Source: Chiloscyllium plagiosum
Lineage: Eukaryota
Reading direction: 5' to 3'
DNA: 64,000 bases
Assembly: GCF_004010195.1 (NCBI RefSeq)
Contig: NC_057749.1
Location: 19,921,570 to 19,985,569 of the forward strand
In this document: in pieces, positions 49,553-60,885 of the stretch
Numbering within the stretch: position 1 is the first letter of the stretch
How the letters are laid out: the number at the start of each line of letters is the position of its first letter
Notes under the pieces: model-generated
The model's input: the letters and a program-made list of their open reading frames with translations, nothing else
Databases searched by the model: none
What the model was told of the DNA's origin: nothing
Position numbers and translations under genes: made by a program

Positions 49553-50386
49553 GTATGCTCCTTTTTTTGTGCTGAGTATTCTTTATATTTATGCTCTGAT
49601 GTTCCTGGTTGTAATTTGACCTCTTCATTTAAGTCATTTTTCTAAAACTAACTTCTACTTGATCTAGTCAAGTTGTGTGGCTTTTTTTGTGACAATGCAA
49701 ATTGTTTATACTGTAAGCAGGATACTATGCTTTAGTTACATAGGAAACTGCTACAATTTCTTAGTCTGTGCTTTCTTTGGACCACAACATTTTTGAAAGC
49801 ATCTGCAAAGGTTGTCTTGTCCTCAAAACTACTGCATTCAGCCCTGCCTATAAAGGTTTTTATTTAAAACATTGTGCTGGAAATTCAGGTTGGGCAGCAT
49901 CTATGGACAAAAATTAAAATTTTAGGCTTCTGATTTAAAGTTACTTTTGAAAGGAAATGTTAACTCAGTTTGTCTCCCCAGTTGTTACCTGACCCGCTTG
50001 AGTATTTTCATCTGCAGTACTTTCTGGATTAAAGCTACTTTATATCTAGCTGTTTTGTAGTTGACTTTAATGTAAGCTGAGCATTAGCAGAGAATACAGC
50101 AAACTGATTAGGTTGGCCTGTTAGGGCTACAGCTTTACTATTTTTACCTGTAAGATATTAGCCACAGAGTAAGTGGAATGTGGTGTAAATATGAATTTTG
50201 TAATGATTAGCAATACCACTTTTTTGGCTGACCCAAGAACAATATTTAGCATATTAATTAATGTCCTTTTTGGCTATGGGGAATTGGTGGCTAATTGAAT
50301 CATTTTGTTTCCTCCATGGGTTTCTGGTCTGAATGTAAATATCATCTTTTGCTTTGTAAAACACTCTTTGTATAGTTCCTTCTGCA

Positions 50387-50565
50387 GGAGAAAGTGAGAT
50401 CTGCAGATGCTGGAGATCAGAGCTGAAAATGTGTTGCTGGAAAAGTGCAGCTGAAAATGTGTTGCTGGAAAAGTGCAGCAGGTCAGGCAGCATCCAGGGA
50501 ACAGGAGAATCGATTCCCTGGATGCTGCCTGACCTGCTGCGCTTTTCCAGCAACACATTTTCAGC
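50387..50565. mobile_element. Penelope-like terminal repeat, inverted pair, 14-bp TSD
   Basis: TAGTTCCTTCTGCA at 50373-50386 and 50566-50579; inverted arms 50449-50501 and 50514-50566; internal 28-bp tandem duplication at 50421-50476. Confidence 0.88.
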
Positions 50566-51011
50566 TAGTTCCTTCTGCAAAGAACCCTATTCTATCTAGT
50601 TGAATTATTTTTTAAATCTTTTTGTATTTCTTTTTAAATTGATTCACTTTCCTCTAATTCAAATGTAAACTTGTTTGGCTGAGGAAAATTACCTTTAACA
50701 CTTAATTGTTGGTGTACATGAAGGTTCATCTTGAATATCATAGCTTCAGCAATGTTCATGTTAGCAATGCAAATGGGGATTGCAGTCCAAAGTAGCTTTG
50801 GAGATGGAATAACATGGCAGCCAGCAATAACTGACATGAACCATTTCCAACACCATTCATCCTGGATACAGTTATTGGTTCTTGTGCTTTCAGTGGAGCT
50901 TATTTTGAGCTGTAGGGTAGAATCTGAACTTTTGTGAAGACTTTATAATGGCATGGGCTTTTATTTGTACTATTTAACTCTAGCCTGAGGGGTTGAGCTG
51001 CTCATATTTCT

Positions 51012-51308
51012 GGGCAGCATGGTGGCACAGTGGTTAGCACTGCTGCCTCATAGTGCCGGAGATCCGAGTTCAATTCCCGCCTCAGGTGACTGACTGTGTG
51101 AAGTTTGCACGTTCTCCCAGTGTCTGCGTGGGTTTCCTCCGGGTGCTCCGGTTTCCTCCCACAGTTCAAAGCTGTGCAGGTCAGGTGAATTGGCTATGCT
51201 AAATTGCCCGCAGTGTTAGGTTAGGAGTATGGGTGGGTTGCGCTTCGGTGGGTCGGTGTGGACTTGTTGGGCCAAAGGGCCTGTTTCCACACTAATGTAA
51301 TCTAATCT
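51012..51308 (+). mobile_element. tRNA-derived HE1/V-SINE-like element
   Basis: Pol III A box TGGCACAGTGG (51023) and B box GAGTTCAATTCC (51066), central gggtttcctccgggtgctccggtttcctccc segment, CR1-like tail (gggcctgtttcc) and tctaa repeats. Confidence 0.9.
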
Positions 51309-51496
51309 TATTGTGACTCAGTTCATGAGCCTGTTCAGCTTGTCACTTTAGGTCCATTTCAATGGGGCAGATAAAAAGGCCCATTCCTGGAAACACACTT
51401 GTGCAAAATGCTGTACATGCCTGTAATTTACATTGGGAAACCAAGTTGGCTGTTAAGAATGGTTAACTGAACTTAAGATTATTCTGTGTGTTTTAG

Positions 51497-51591
51497 GTTC
51501 TGGTCGAGTCACTTTTAATAACCAGCGTAGTTACCTGAATGCTGTTGGAGCAGCCTTTGTAGAGATAAAGACTCCAAAATTCACTAAAAAA
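51497..51591 (+). CDS. CPEB1: CPEB1 coding exon, RRM2
   Basis: Acceptor gttttag|, donor |gtaagt; 95 nt. Encodes (G)[31 protein letters not shown]. Confidence 0.96.
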
Positions 51592-51680
51592 GTAAGTCAG
51601 AAGTTCTGAAGACTGTGTGCTTTTTCTGCCAAAAGCAAACATTTGGATTAAAGTCCCTTTTTTTTTCCCTCGTTCTAAAG

Positions 51681-51761
51681 GTGCAGATTGATCCCTACCT
51701 GGAGGACTCCATGTGTCAGGCATGCAATGCTCAACCAGGACCATTTTTCTGCAGAGATCCA
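51681..51761 (+). CDS. CPEB1: CPEB1 coding exon, start of ZZ zinc finger
   Basis: Follows an 89-nt intron; acceptor ttctaaag|, donor |gtaagt; 81 nt. Encodes [27 protein letters not shown]. Confidence 0.96.
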
Positions 51762-52233
51762 GTAAGTTCCCTTCTGGGTTGGATAACTAACTTGATTAAT
51801 CCCCAGAACTTTTTTGGTGTCTTTTTATTTTAAGATCATACTGTGTGGCCTAACATACTAGGGTGCACTCAGTATTGCAGTTGAAGTTTCGCTTGGTGTA
51901 CTCATTTTAAATTTGAGATTGAAAACTAATCTGACTTCTGTTTCAGAATGTCAGTTCAAAAGCATAAGATTCAGATTTGAATTTTTATCGTTTTCTGGTT
52001 AGTGACACAAGCAGTGCATCTGATAACCTAGTGCAACAGAGCTTGAATATTAAACCCCTGTGACCCTAAATTGTTTCACTGAGATTTAAGACTTGTAATT
52101 TTGTATTTTATGTTGAATTCAGCTTTAAATTTAGCTTTGAATCGGTCACAAATAGTGGGAAAATTTGAATCTTAATAGTTTCCATTGATTCTGCATATTA
52201 ACTACCTAAAGCTAGTTGTCTTGCTGCTTACAG

Positions 52234-52344
52234 GTCTGCTTCAAATATTTCTGTCGTTCATGCTGGCAGTGGCAGCATTCCCTTGAGGTTCTTCGCCACC
52301 ACCGTCCATTGATGCGTAACCAAAAGAACCGTGACTCCAGCTAA
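52234..52344 (+). CDS. CPEB1: CPEB1 last coding exon, ZZ zinc finger and stop codon
   Basis: Acceptor ctgcttacag|. Encodes [39 protein letters not shown] at 52342-52344. Confidence 0.97.
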   Translation, partial: VCFKYFCRSCWQWQHSLEVLRHHRPLMRNQKNRDSS

Positions 52345-54300
52345 AAGCACAGCAAATGTGGTTTCGGTTTCAGTCGAGTGAGTGAGCTGGGAAAAGGCTC
52401 AGACTGGGAACAGCGATTATGGACTGAAGTTCACTCCTGCACTTGCTATTTGCTGTTTTAATATTCACAATCGCACTATGCACAGTGAATTCCATGGGGT
52501 ATCGGGGACCACCACAGCAGTTCCCAGACAAAAGTTCTGCACCGAGGTGATAGAGCCAGGTCTCGAAGGTGTTGAAGCAAGTGGCTTCACATTTAGATTT
52601 TTAGGCTTTTTTACATTCCTTGCATTTTGACAATGTTGCAAGTTCATTACCTTTCCACTAGCAGTTGCCATACAGTGCCTTTAAATTTTTTTTCCCCATC
52701 AGGACTGCAGATACTGGTGAATATTCAGCCGGTTTTTTACTTAAGGCAGTGGAGTGCTTTATTTAGCAATCAAATTCAATATTTTACGCTCAGTTTTTAC
52801 AGATACGACTGCCTTTTTAAGGCTTCATTTTTTTGACCAGTTTTTTTTACACTGTTTAAAGGTTTTAGTCAAACACAACAGTGACTCTCTCCTGGTGGCT
52901 TTTAACATTTTTGTGTCTGGGGCTGCTATTATGGACCCTGGGTCATTGTTGTAAATCAAGATGTTTGCAACCATTGGTGTGGATTTACGGATTAGAAACT
53001 GGACTGAATAACGACATTCGAGCTGCTGTACATAGTTAAGATGTTCTTTGCACTTTTTAATTTGCACTATGGGTAGGTAGAGGTTTTTAATCACCATTCT
53101 CACTGATGATGTGGTTTTCTTTTTGTACTTGAGCAGAAGGGGTTTCATGGCCAGGCCAGGTTGAGTATCCGGTTTAGGCCCCTTACGAGCAGTTGCTCAC
53201 TTACTGTTAAAGGATGAGAAACTATTACTGAGGCTAGCTGAGCAGCTGCTTGGGTCTCGGAAGTTACTTGAGGTTTTTACTCTTGTGGTTTTTGATCTGA
53301 AGCTGTGTGCCAAAGAACCAGTGTCCTTAACCTTTTTTTCTTTTGCTGAGCTGTTGCCTAGCTGCTCGCCCAGCTGCTGTTGAACATTAAGTAAGGTCTC
53401 TACCTCACTGTGGTATGCAGGTGTAACTGCAGTTACCTTAAGTTGTGGAGTAAGCTGTTTAAATGTTGGACACAAACCCTGTTAAAGCAGAAACTATAGT
53501 GTTAAACATGTCTAATATGTACCAGTATAGTGCAAAAATTTTCTCTGCTTCTAAACTAGAAGCATAAGAGCCTATATTGTACATAATGGCCAAACATCCC
53601 AGTAATCCATCTGCTGATGTATTGCTGAACTTGCAGTGACTAAATTGTAGCAATCCTTCAGTGTGGTCATGACCAATGACTGGAGTATACTGGCCATTGA
53701 CATCCAGACTTGCTGTAAGTAAAGACCCAAATGGAATAAACCCATGATGTTCACAGTATAATATGTTGTGGAGTGATTTTTATTTTGTTCATATCCTGTG
53801 ATTCAGATTGCTATTAGTGTATTACTGGTAAAACTAAATAAATTGAGTGGTTTCTAAATGATCAAATAGTCCTTTGTTTTTGATCAATGTTTGATTCCAG
53901 TTTATATTTGCATCACTTCAACTTCTGATCTAGGTCTATCTGAATAGAAAGCTCTTTAAAGGAAAAACAACTCTGGCATCTAGTAACCATAAATTCAAAT
54001 TTGTGAACTCTCATTTTGCTTTGTAAAATTTATTTGGGATCATTCACTGTTCGGTCTTATTATCTGAGTTATAAATTAAATTGCAATTAGTTTCTTGTGT
54101 AGTGGTTTTTATGAATTTTGTGAACTAAACTGTAATTCAAATGAATTACACTAATGCATTAAGGCCTGATATTGCCTTCTAACTTGAGTTTAATTTCAGT
54201 TTACACTCTGGTGTAAGCTGGTTCTATGGATGTCTGAGGATTTGCAATGTTTTGGAGTTGCCTTTGTTCTTGTTGGTCAATAAAATCACCATATGCACAA
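52345..54300 (+). promoter_or_regulatory. CPEB1: CPEB1 3' UTR with CPE-like, Pumilio and miRNA-seed motifs
   Basis: U-rich, no recognisable transposon, follows the stop codon. TTTTAAT at 52456; TTTTTAAT at 53054 and 53084; TTTTTAT at 53777 and 54106; TGTACATA at 53027 and 53578. The 3' end is uncertain. Confidence 0.75.
53735..53740 (+). terminator. Polyadenylation signal AATAAA (proximal candidate)
   Basis: AATAAA followed ~25 nt later by a GU/U-rich tract (tgttgtggagtgatttttattttgtt). Further AATAAA hexamers at 53837 and 54279. Confidence 0.65.
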
Positions 54301-54449
54301 CAGTTGAAGTATTGAATGTTGAAATAGGGTGAACTTGACACTTGAGTGGCCTGAAAGATGAGGGGGTAATGTGAAACCATCTATCTGAGCTGTTAAACCT
54401 TCCTAGTTTTAACTTGATCCAAGTATCATCACAAATGAAATAACTTTAG

Positions 54450-56165
54450 CAAGCAGAATCCCAAGGCCTTCTATTCATCTATAAGAAGTAAGAGTAACTA
54501 GAGAAGGGGTTGGTCCACTAAAGGATAAAAAGGGAAGGTTGTGTGTTGAACCTGAGAAAATGGGTGAGATTCTCAATGATTACTTTGCATCAGTGCTCAC
54601 CTGAGAGAGGGACATGAATGTTGAGATTAGAGCTAGAATGTTGTTTACTCTGGATCACCTTGATGTAAGGAGAGAGGATGTGTTGAGGTAGGCAAAATGA
54701 TATTAAGCTGGACAAACTCCCAGGACCAGATGGTATTTATCCAGTGTTGCTGAGGAAGGTGAGAAGTAGTAGCTGGGGCCTGACAGATCTCTGTAGCATC
54801 CTTAAATACCTGTGAAGTGCCAGAGGACTGGAGAGTTAATGTCCCCCTGTACAAGGATAGTAGGGATATTGCAGGTCACTACAGACCATTGCGCCTGACA
54901 TTGGTGGGAAAGTTGCTGGAGAAGGTACTGAGGGATAAAATCTATTTACATTTTGAAAAGAATGGGCTTATCAGTAATAGGCAACATAGTTTTGTGCAGG
55001 GAAGATTGTGCCTTTAGTAGACTTCTTTTGAGGAAGTGACCAGATTGATAGATGAAGGAAGGGCTGTAGATATCATGTACATGGACTTTAGTAAGATGTT
55101 TGATAAAGTTCCCCATGGTAAACTAATGGAGAAAGTGAAGTCATATGGTGTGCAGGGTGTTCCAGCTAGGTGGATAAAGAACTAGTGGAGCAACAGGAGA
55201 TAGTAGTTGAATGGAGTTTCTCGATGGAGAACGGTGATCAGTGGTGTTCCACAGGGATCAGTGCTGGAGCCACTGTTGTTTGTGATACACCATAAATGAT
55301 GTGGAAGAGGGCATTGATGGTCTGATCAGTAACTTTGCAGATGACATGAAGATTGGTGTAGCAGAAAGCATAGGGGACTGTCAAAGCATACCAGAGAATA
55401 TAGTCTGGAGAGTTGGGCAAAGGAGTGGCAGATGGAGTTCAATCCAGGCAAATGTGAGGTGATGCAGTTCAGAAGGTCTCATTCTAGAGTGAACTATACT
55501 TGGGGAAAAATTGAGCAGAGAAATCTGGGAGTTCAGGTCTATTGTACCCTGCAGGTGGTTGAACAGGTGGACAGAATGGTCAAGAAGGCATATGCCTTCA
55601 TCGGACGGGGCATTGCACATAAGAGCTGGAAGGTCACATTAAAATTTTACAAGACTTTGGGTCGGCCGCATTTAGAATACTATGTACAGTTCCAATGTTG
55701 TGATTTTTGCTATAACCTCGTGTTGAGATTTTTAACTTAGTACACCCCAGTCCAACACTGGCATCTACAAATCAGTGTACAGTTCTAGTCGCCACATTAC
55801 CAAAAGGACATAGATGCTTTGGAAGGGGTGCAGAGAAGGTTTACGTGGATGTTGCCTGGTATGGAAGGTGCTAGCTATGAAGAGAGGTTCAGTAGGTTAG
55901 GATCTTTTTCATCAGAAAGAGATTTGGTGGGAGTGGGGGGGTGGGAAACCTGGTCTGGGGTCTACAGAATTGTGAAGAGTGTAGACAGGGTGGATAGAGA
56001 AGCTTTTTCCCCCAGAGTGAGCGATTCTGTAACGAGCGGTCACTTTTTTCAAGGTGAGGAGAAACGTTGAAGGGACACGCACGCCACGGTAGATTCGTTT
56101 AAGGTGCATTTGTATCAGCACAGGCTTGGAGGGCCTGGGTCGTAAATTTACTTTGTTCTAAATCT
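54450..56165 (+). mobile_element. Decayed CR1 LINE downstream of CPEB1
   Basis: Peptides PEDWRVNVPLYK and RPHLEYYVQF. Contains an 83-bp Penelope-like insert at 55693-55775 with TGTACAGTTC TSD (55683 and 55776). Confidence 0.88.
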
Positions 56166-56334
56166 TGCAGCAACTCCATGTATGGTAGTTTATTGAATTT
56201 TGTTATGCAGTTAGTCAAGATATTGGATGTTTTGAATGATGTTTTCTGTAGAATTCTTTTTGTAGTCAATGGGTGTTTGAGTACTGTCTGCACCAGTGAG
56301 TGGAATTGGTTAAATGGGCCATGTCCCTCCCTTA

Positions 56335-57147
56335 TGGAGATGTGATATGGAGGAGCCTATGTTGGACTGAGGTGAATGAAGTTTTTAAAATCTCAACAGG
56401 TTATAGTCCAGGCTTATTTGGAAGTGCTAGCTTTTGAAGCGCTGCTTCAACAGGTCTTTAAGTAGGACCATAAGACACAAATTTATAGCAAAAGATTTAG
56501 TGTCATGCAGCTGAAATGGTAAACCTGGGTTAAGTCTGTTGTCTTTTAGAATGGGTTTGCTCATCTTGGTTCTCTATGCAAGTTCCAGAACTCTTAAGTC
56601 TGAACTTCAGGTTTCCTAACAAAAGGTGCCATCTCTGCTCAGACAATGCATTAAAAATGAGGTTAAATCTGTCCCAATCCTGAGTCAGACTGGTTATATT
56701 TCTATAAAGTGTGATTTATAGAATATTAGAGTGTAGGTTATCCATTTTTGAGCAAAATAGAACATCTGCAGATACAAATTCACCCATAAACTTGTGTGCA
56801 GGAGAGTGAGTGAATGTGCAGGTGTGTAAGCCTGGGAGGGTGTGGGGGTTGTATGTGTACGAGTGAGTCTGTGTGCACTTGTGTAGTACAGTGGGGTCAC
56901 CTGTAGTGTGGTGTGAACCCAAAGTCCCTGTTGAGGCTATCCTCATGGGAACCAGACTTGGCGATCAGGCTTTGCTTGGCCACTTTGCATTGTTGCCTGT
57001 CCTGAAATCAACCTTGAAGGATGGTCACCCAAAGGTCTGAGCCCAAATGTCCTGGACCACGACTGAGAAGGAACACCCCACCCTAGTGATTGTTGTGCAG
57101 TGTCTATTGAGCCATTGTCGTAGTGTCTGTTCAATCTTGCCAATGTA
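56335..57147 (-). mobile_element. Penelope-like retroelement 3' part: GIY-YIG endonuclease remnant, TG-rich tract and terminal repeat
   Basis: Manual minus-strand translation from 57147 gives YIGKIEQTLRQWLNRH..., then after a frameshift ...SGSHEDSLNRDFGFTPHYR* (stop at 56897-56899). This matches the YIG/R/H and GLN motifs of PLE endonucleases. The terminal repeat matches 28695-28892. Confidence 0.85.
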
Positions 57148-58026
57148 TTATATCAACTTTTATTTACTGTCCTTTTTTTTGTTTTTGGAGTGCATACCAT
57201 ATGCTTGAGCTGCAGCATAAAGCAGAATTTAGAATTGACAGTGACTCCATCCTCTAAGCTTTGCTCCCAAAGTACTGTATATTAAAATAGTGACACTTGA
57301 AGGTCTGATCTTCCAGCATGTGACAGGGAAGGTTGCTGCTCTGTTCTGGGTCTGCATTGATTTTTTTTTTTGACCACATTAACTCTCTTCCTGTCGGGTG
57401 TCTAGCTATGGTTTCTTCTTGGCATTGTTGCCATGACATCTCATTAAATTTAGCAGAGATGTTTTTGGTGACAAGTTGCTTTAAATATCAGCCCAACTTT
57501 ACTTGCCTATTGGCACCAGTGCTCCATTGTTGCATTTATTCAGCAGTTTTTTGGCAAAAAATGCCATTAATTTACTGTTTAATATCTCCTCAATCTACAG
57601 TTCCCTTTGAAACAGTTGTAAAGAGGGGGTCAGTTAGTCATCATAGAAACAGGCCTGATTGTCCCCTGATCAGTCCCTCCTTTTTCCAAATGATTAATCC
57701 TGTCCCTCAGTTTTTTTCCAACTGTCAGATTAACAGGTCTGTAATTCCCTGACCTAGCCCTGCTGCCCTTGAACAAAGGAACCACATTACCTATCCTGCA
57801 GTCATCTGGCACTTCACCTGTGGTAAGCAAAGTATTAAATGTCTACCTCTGTCAGGGCCCTATCAATGTTTTGTCTCCCATAGCAGCTTCATCAGGCCCT
57901 GGCTATTAATGCACCTTTATGACCATAAAAACATTCTTTTTAATCTTGTTCTAAACCTCACCATCCTAACTGAGATCCTGGCTATGTCTTATCCATGTAA
58001 GACTTCACCCATGCCAAAAATAATAT

Positions 58027-58350
58027 GGCACAGTAGCTCAGTGGTTAGCATTGCTGCCTTGCAGCACCAGGGACCAGGGTTAGATTCCAGCCTCTGGTAA
58101 GTGTCTGTCTATGAAGTTTGCACAGTCTCCCTTTGTCTGTGTGGATTTCCTCCAGGTGCTCTGATTTCCTCCACAATCCAAAGATATGTATGTTAGGTGG
58201 TTTGGCCAGGCGAAATTGCCTATAGTGTTGGGTGCATTAGTCTGGTAAATATAGGTAGGGGAATGGATCTGGGTGAGTTACTCTTCAGCAGGTCAGTGTG
58301 GACTTGTTGAGCCAAAAATGGCCTGTTCTGATACTGTAGGGTTTCTAATT
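58027..58350 (+). mobile_element. HE1/V-SINE-like element (older)
   Basis: Head ggcacagtagctcagtggttagcattgctgcc with a diverged core and tail. Confidence 0.8.
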
Positions 58351-59917
58351 TAAGGGACCGGTCCTTCAGCCCTCCAAGCCTGCACCACCACATTTAGCCT
58401 TTCCATACTAAAATTGTCTTTCCTTTAGGATACATATCCCTCTCTTCCCTCTGTTCTTGAATGCTGCTATTGTCTGCTTCCACCACCTCTGGCAACACAT
58501 TAAAGGCACTCATGACCCTTTGTGGAAAAAGTTACCTCACATTTTAAACTCCTCTCCACCTGAACCTTCAACCTGTGTCCCCTAGTACCTGAAGTCCTAG
58601 CAATGTGGAACACCACTGGTCACAATCCTCCGTTCTGAAAAGCATCCTTCCAGTGCAACCCTGTCTCCTATGATTGAGCCAGTTCTGTAACCATTTTGCC
58701 AGCACATTTTGTTCCAGTCTGAGGGACCTTGTCAATGGCTTTACTGAAGTCCATGTAACAATATCAAACTGCTTTTCCCTCCATCATCTTCACCTTCTCA
58801 AACACTCAAGTTAGTGAGGCATGGCCTACCTCTTCTGGTTCCACACAATCACTCCTTTTGTCCTTGTAGGCCAACCCCTTCCCTGACTGTCCTTTTTTGT
58901 ATGTGTAAAGTATTGGGAATCTCCTTAATCTGTATTCTATTACTTTTCATGACTTTTTTAAGCCCTTGTAATTCCTGATTTTAAATTCTTTCCTTTTACT
59001 TACATCAAGGGCTTATCAGTTCCCATCGTCCTAAACCTTTTTTCTTTCTGATCAAGGTCATAAAATCCCCAGCCATGCAAGGTTCATGTAACTTGCTATA
59101 CCTAACCTTCATTCTCACAGGAATGTGTTGCTCCTGAACTTTTCAACTGCTGTTTTAAATACTCCCATGTCAGCTTTGTAGATTTAACTTCAACCAGGTG
59201 CCTCCAATCAATTCTCCAGTTCCTGCCTAATATTGTAGTTTGTCTTTACCCAGGATCCTACTGGCCTACTGTTACCCCATCCATGAGAATCTGGTAAAAC
59301 TTGCAGTATTACAGGTCACTAGAAAACACTTCCCCACTGAAACTTAGCTTATTTGGCTAGGCTCTTTTTTCCCAAAACCAGGTCCAGTATAACCCTTTCC
59401 TTGGTTGGATTGTTTACATATTGTCAAGAATCCCTCCTGAATGGACCTTTACGAATTCTGCACCATTCAAGCCCCCAGCACAAAGTAAGTCCTAGTCAAT
59501 ATGGGGGAAGCTGCCCAAAATCACCCACAATTCTGCTATTCTTGCATCTATCCAAAATCTGTATACATTTGTCTCTTGGGTGTTGAGAGGCCTGTAGTAC
59601 ACCCCCAGCATTGTGGTTTCACCTTTCCTATTTTTCATTCTACCCATACTGTGTTCCTGCATAAGTCCTCTGTATTCTCCCTCCGTACAGCTGTAACATA
59701 CTCCTTTGCCAGTAATGCAATTCCTCTACCTGTTTACGTTCCTTTCTATCACATGAAACATGTAAGTCCTGGGACACTTGGCTGCCAGTCCTAGCCTCTG
59801 GCACCATGCACCAATTGCCCTTAGTCTACCAGGTTTGTTCTTTCCCTAGTAATCCTCTACTCTTAATATTAAATAACTTGGTTTCCTCCAACCCTTAATC
59901 CTACCTTTTTCACAGTC

Positions 59918-60885
59918 CCTCTAATCCCCAACTCCTAATTTGCTGCTTAAGTGACCCTAAATTTTTTTTGAAGGGCCTCCCTTTTTTTTGTAATGCATGC
60001 TACCCAACTTTTAAATGAAACTATTGTGCTTTCCCTTGACATCTAGGGTTCCCTTGACTTGCTACCCACCCTTCACTCTTAAAGGAAAATGCTGGCTCTG
60101 ATTTACTGTCTAAAAGACATGACTCCTATTTTACCTGCAAGTAGTTGTTCCCAGTCTGTTTGACAGCTGTCTAATATTGAAATTGGCCTTCTCCCCCACT
60201 CCCAATTTAGATACTTAACCTTATGACTTTCCATAATGACTTTGAAACTTCAAAGGTTGCTATCCCAAACTGTTTGCCCACTCTCTTTTCAATTCACTTA
60301 TGTCCTTATGGAAAGGGATAAGTATTTAAAGTGGGGGTGGGAAGGCCAATTTCAATATCATTAGACATCTGCCAAACACCGGGAGCAACTACTTGCAGAT
60401 AGAATGGGAGTTCTCCTTTTAAGGATAGTAAGTCAGGACCAGCATTTTTCCCTTGAGAATGGGCAGCAAGTTGAGGGAGAGAGTTTCATGCCTTACAAAA
60501 AAACCCTTCAAAATGTTAGGAGTTGCTTAAGAAGTACATTATTAGATTAGATTAGATTACTTAGTGTGGAAACAGGCCCTTCGGCCCAACAAGTCCACGC
60601 CGAAGCGCAACCCACCCATACCCCTTCATTTACCCCTTATCTAACACTACAGGCAATTTAGCATGGCCAATTCACCTGACCTGCACATCTTTGGACTGTG
60701 GGAGGAAACCGGAGCACCCGGAGGAAACCCACGCAGACACGGGGAGAATGTGCAAACTCCACACAGTCAGTCACCTGAGGGAGGAATTGAACCCAGGTCT
60801 CTGGCGCTGTGAGGCAGCAGTGCTAACCACTGTGCCACCATGTCGCCCCAATGGGAGTTCCCAATTAGGATTTGGGAATTAGAGG
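59918..60885. repeat. Old inverted duplication (~59918-60216 vs ~60321-60540, resuming ~60860-60885 after a SINE)
   Basis: For example, tgcaagtagttgttccc / gggagcaactacttgca and atattgaaattggccttc / gaaggccaatttcaatat. Confidence 0.8.
60541..60849 (-). mobile_element. HE1/V-SINE-like element, well preserved
   Basis: (attag)n tail and a full core and head; retains several CpGs. Confidence 0.9.

Larger units (their letters stand above)
4345..53760 (+). other. CPEB1: CPEB1 gene span (5'-incomplete; 10 coding exons visible plus 3' UTR to the proximal poly(A) site)
   Basis: Joined exons total 1499 nt in one frame with canonical GT-AG introns. The peptide matches vertebrate CPEB1 as I recall it ([55 protein letters not shown]-terminal RNQKNRDSS). 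The N-terminal exon(s) were not seen in the window. Confidence 0.97.

Noticed and set aside
50421..50476. CRISPR-like 28-bp direct repeats
   Set aside because: Only two adjacent copies with no spacer, inside a retroelement terminus.
51012..51085. tRNA gene
   Set aside because: The A/B boxes belong to a SINE head that continues into a SINE core and LINE-like tail; there is no full cloverleaf or oligo-T terminator.
52345..54300. miR-122 sites reported for the human CPEB1 3' UTR
   Set aside because: I did not find ACACTCC here, only a partial acactc near 54203.
56795..56885. Independent TG microsatellite
   Set aside because: Degenerate and part of the Penelope-like element's 3' region.
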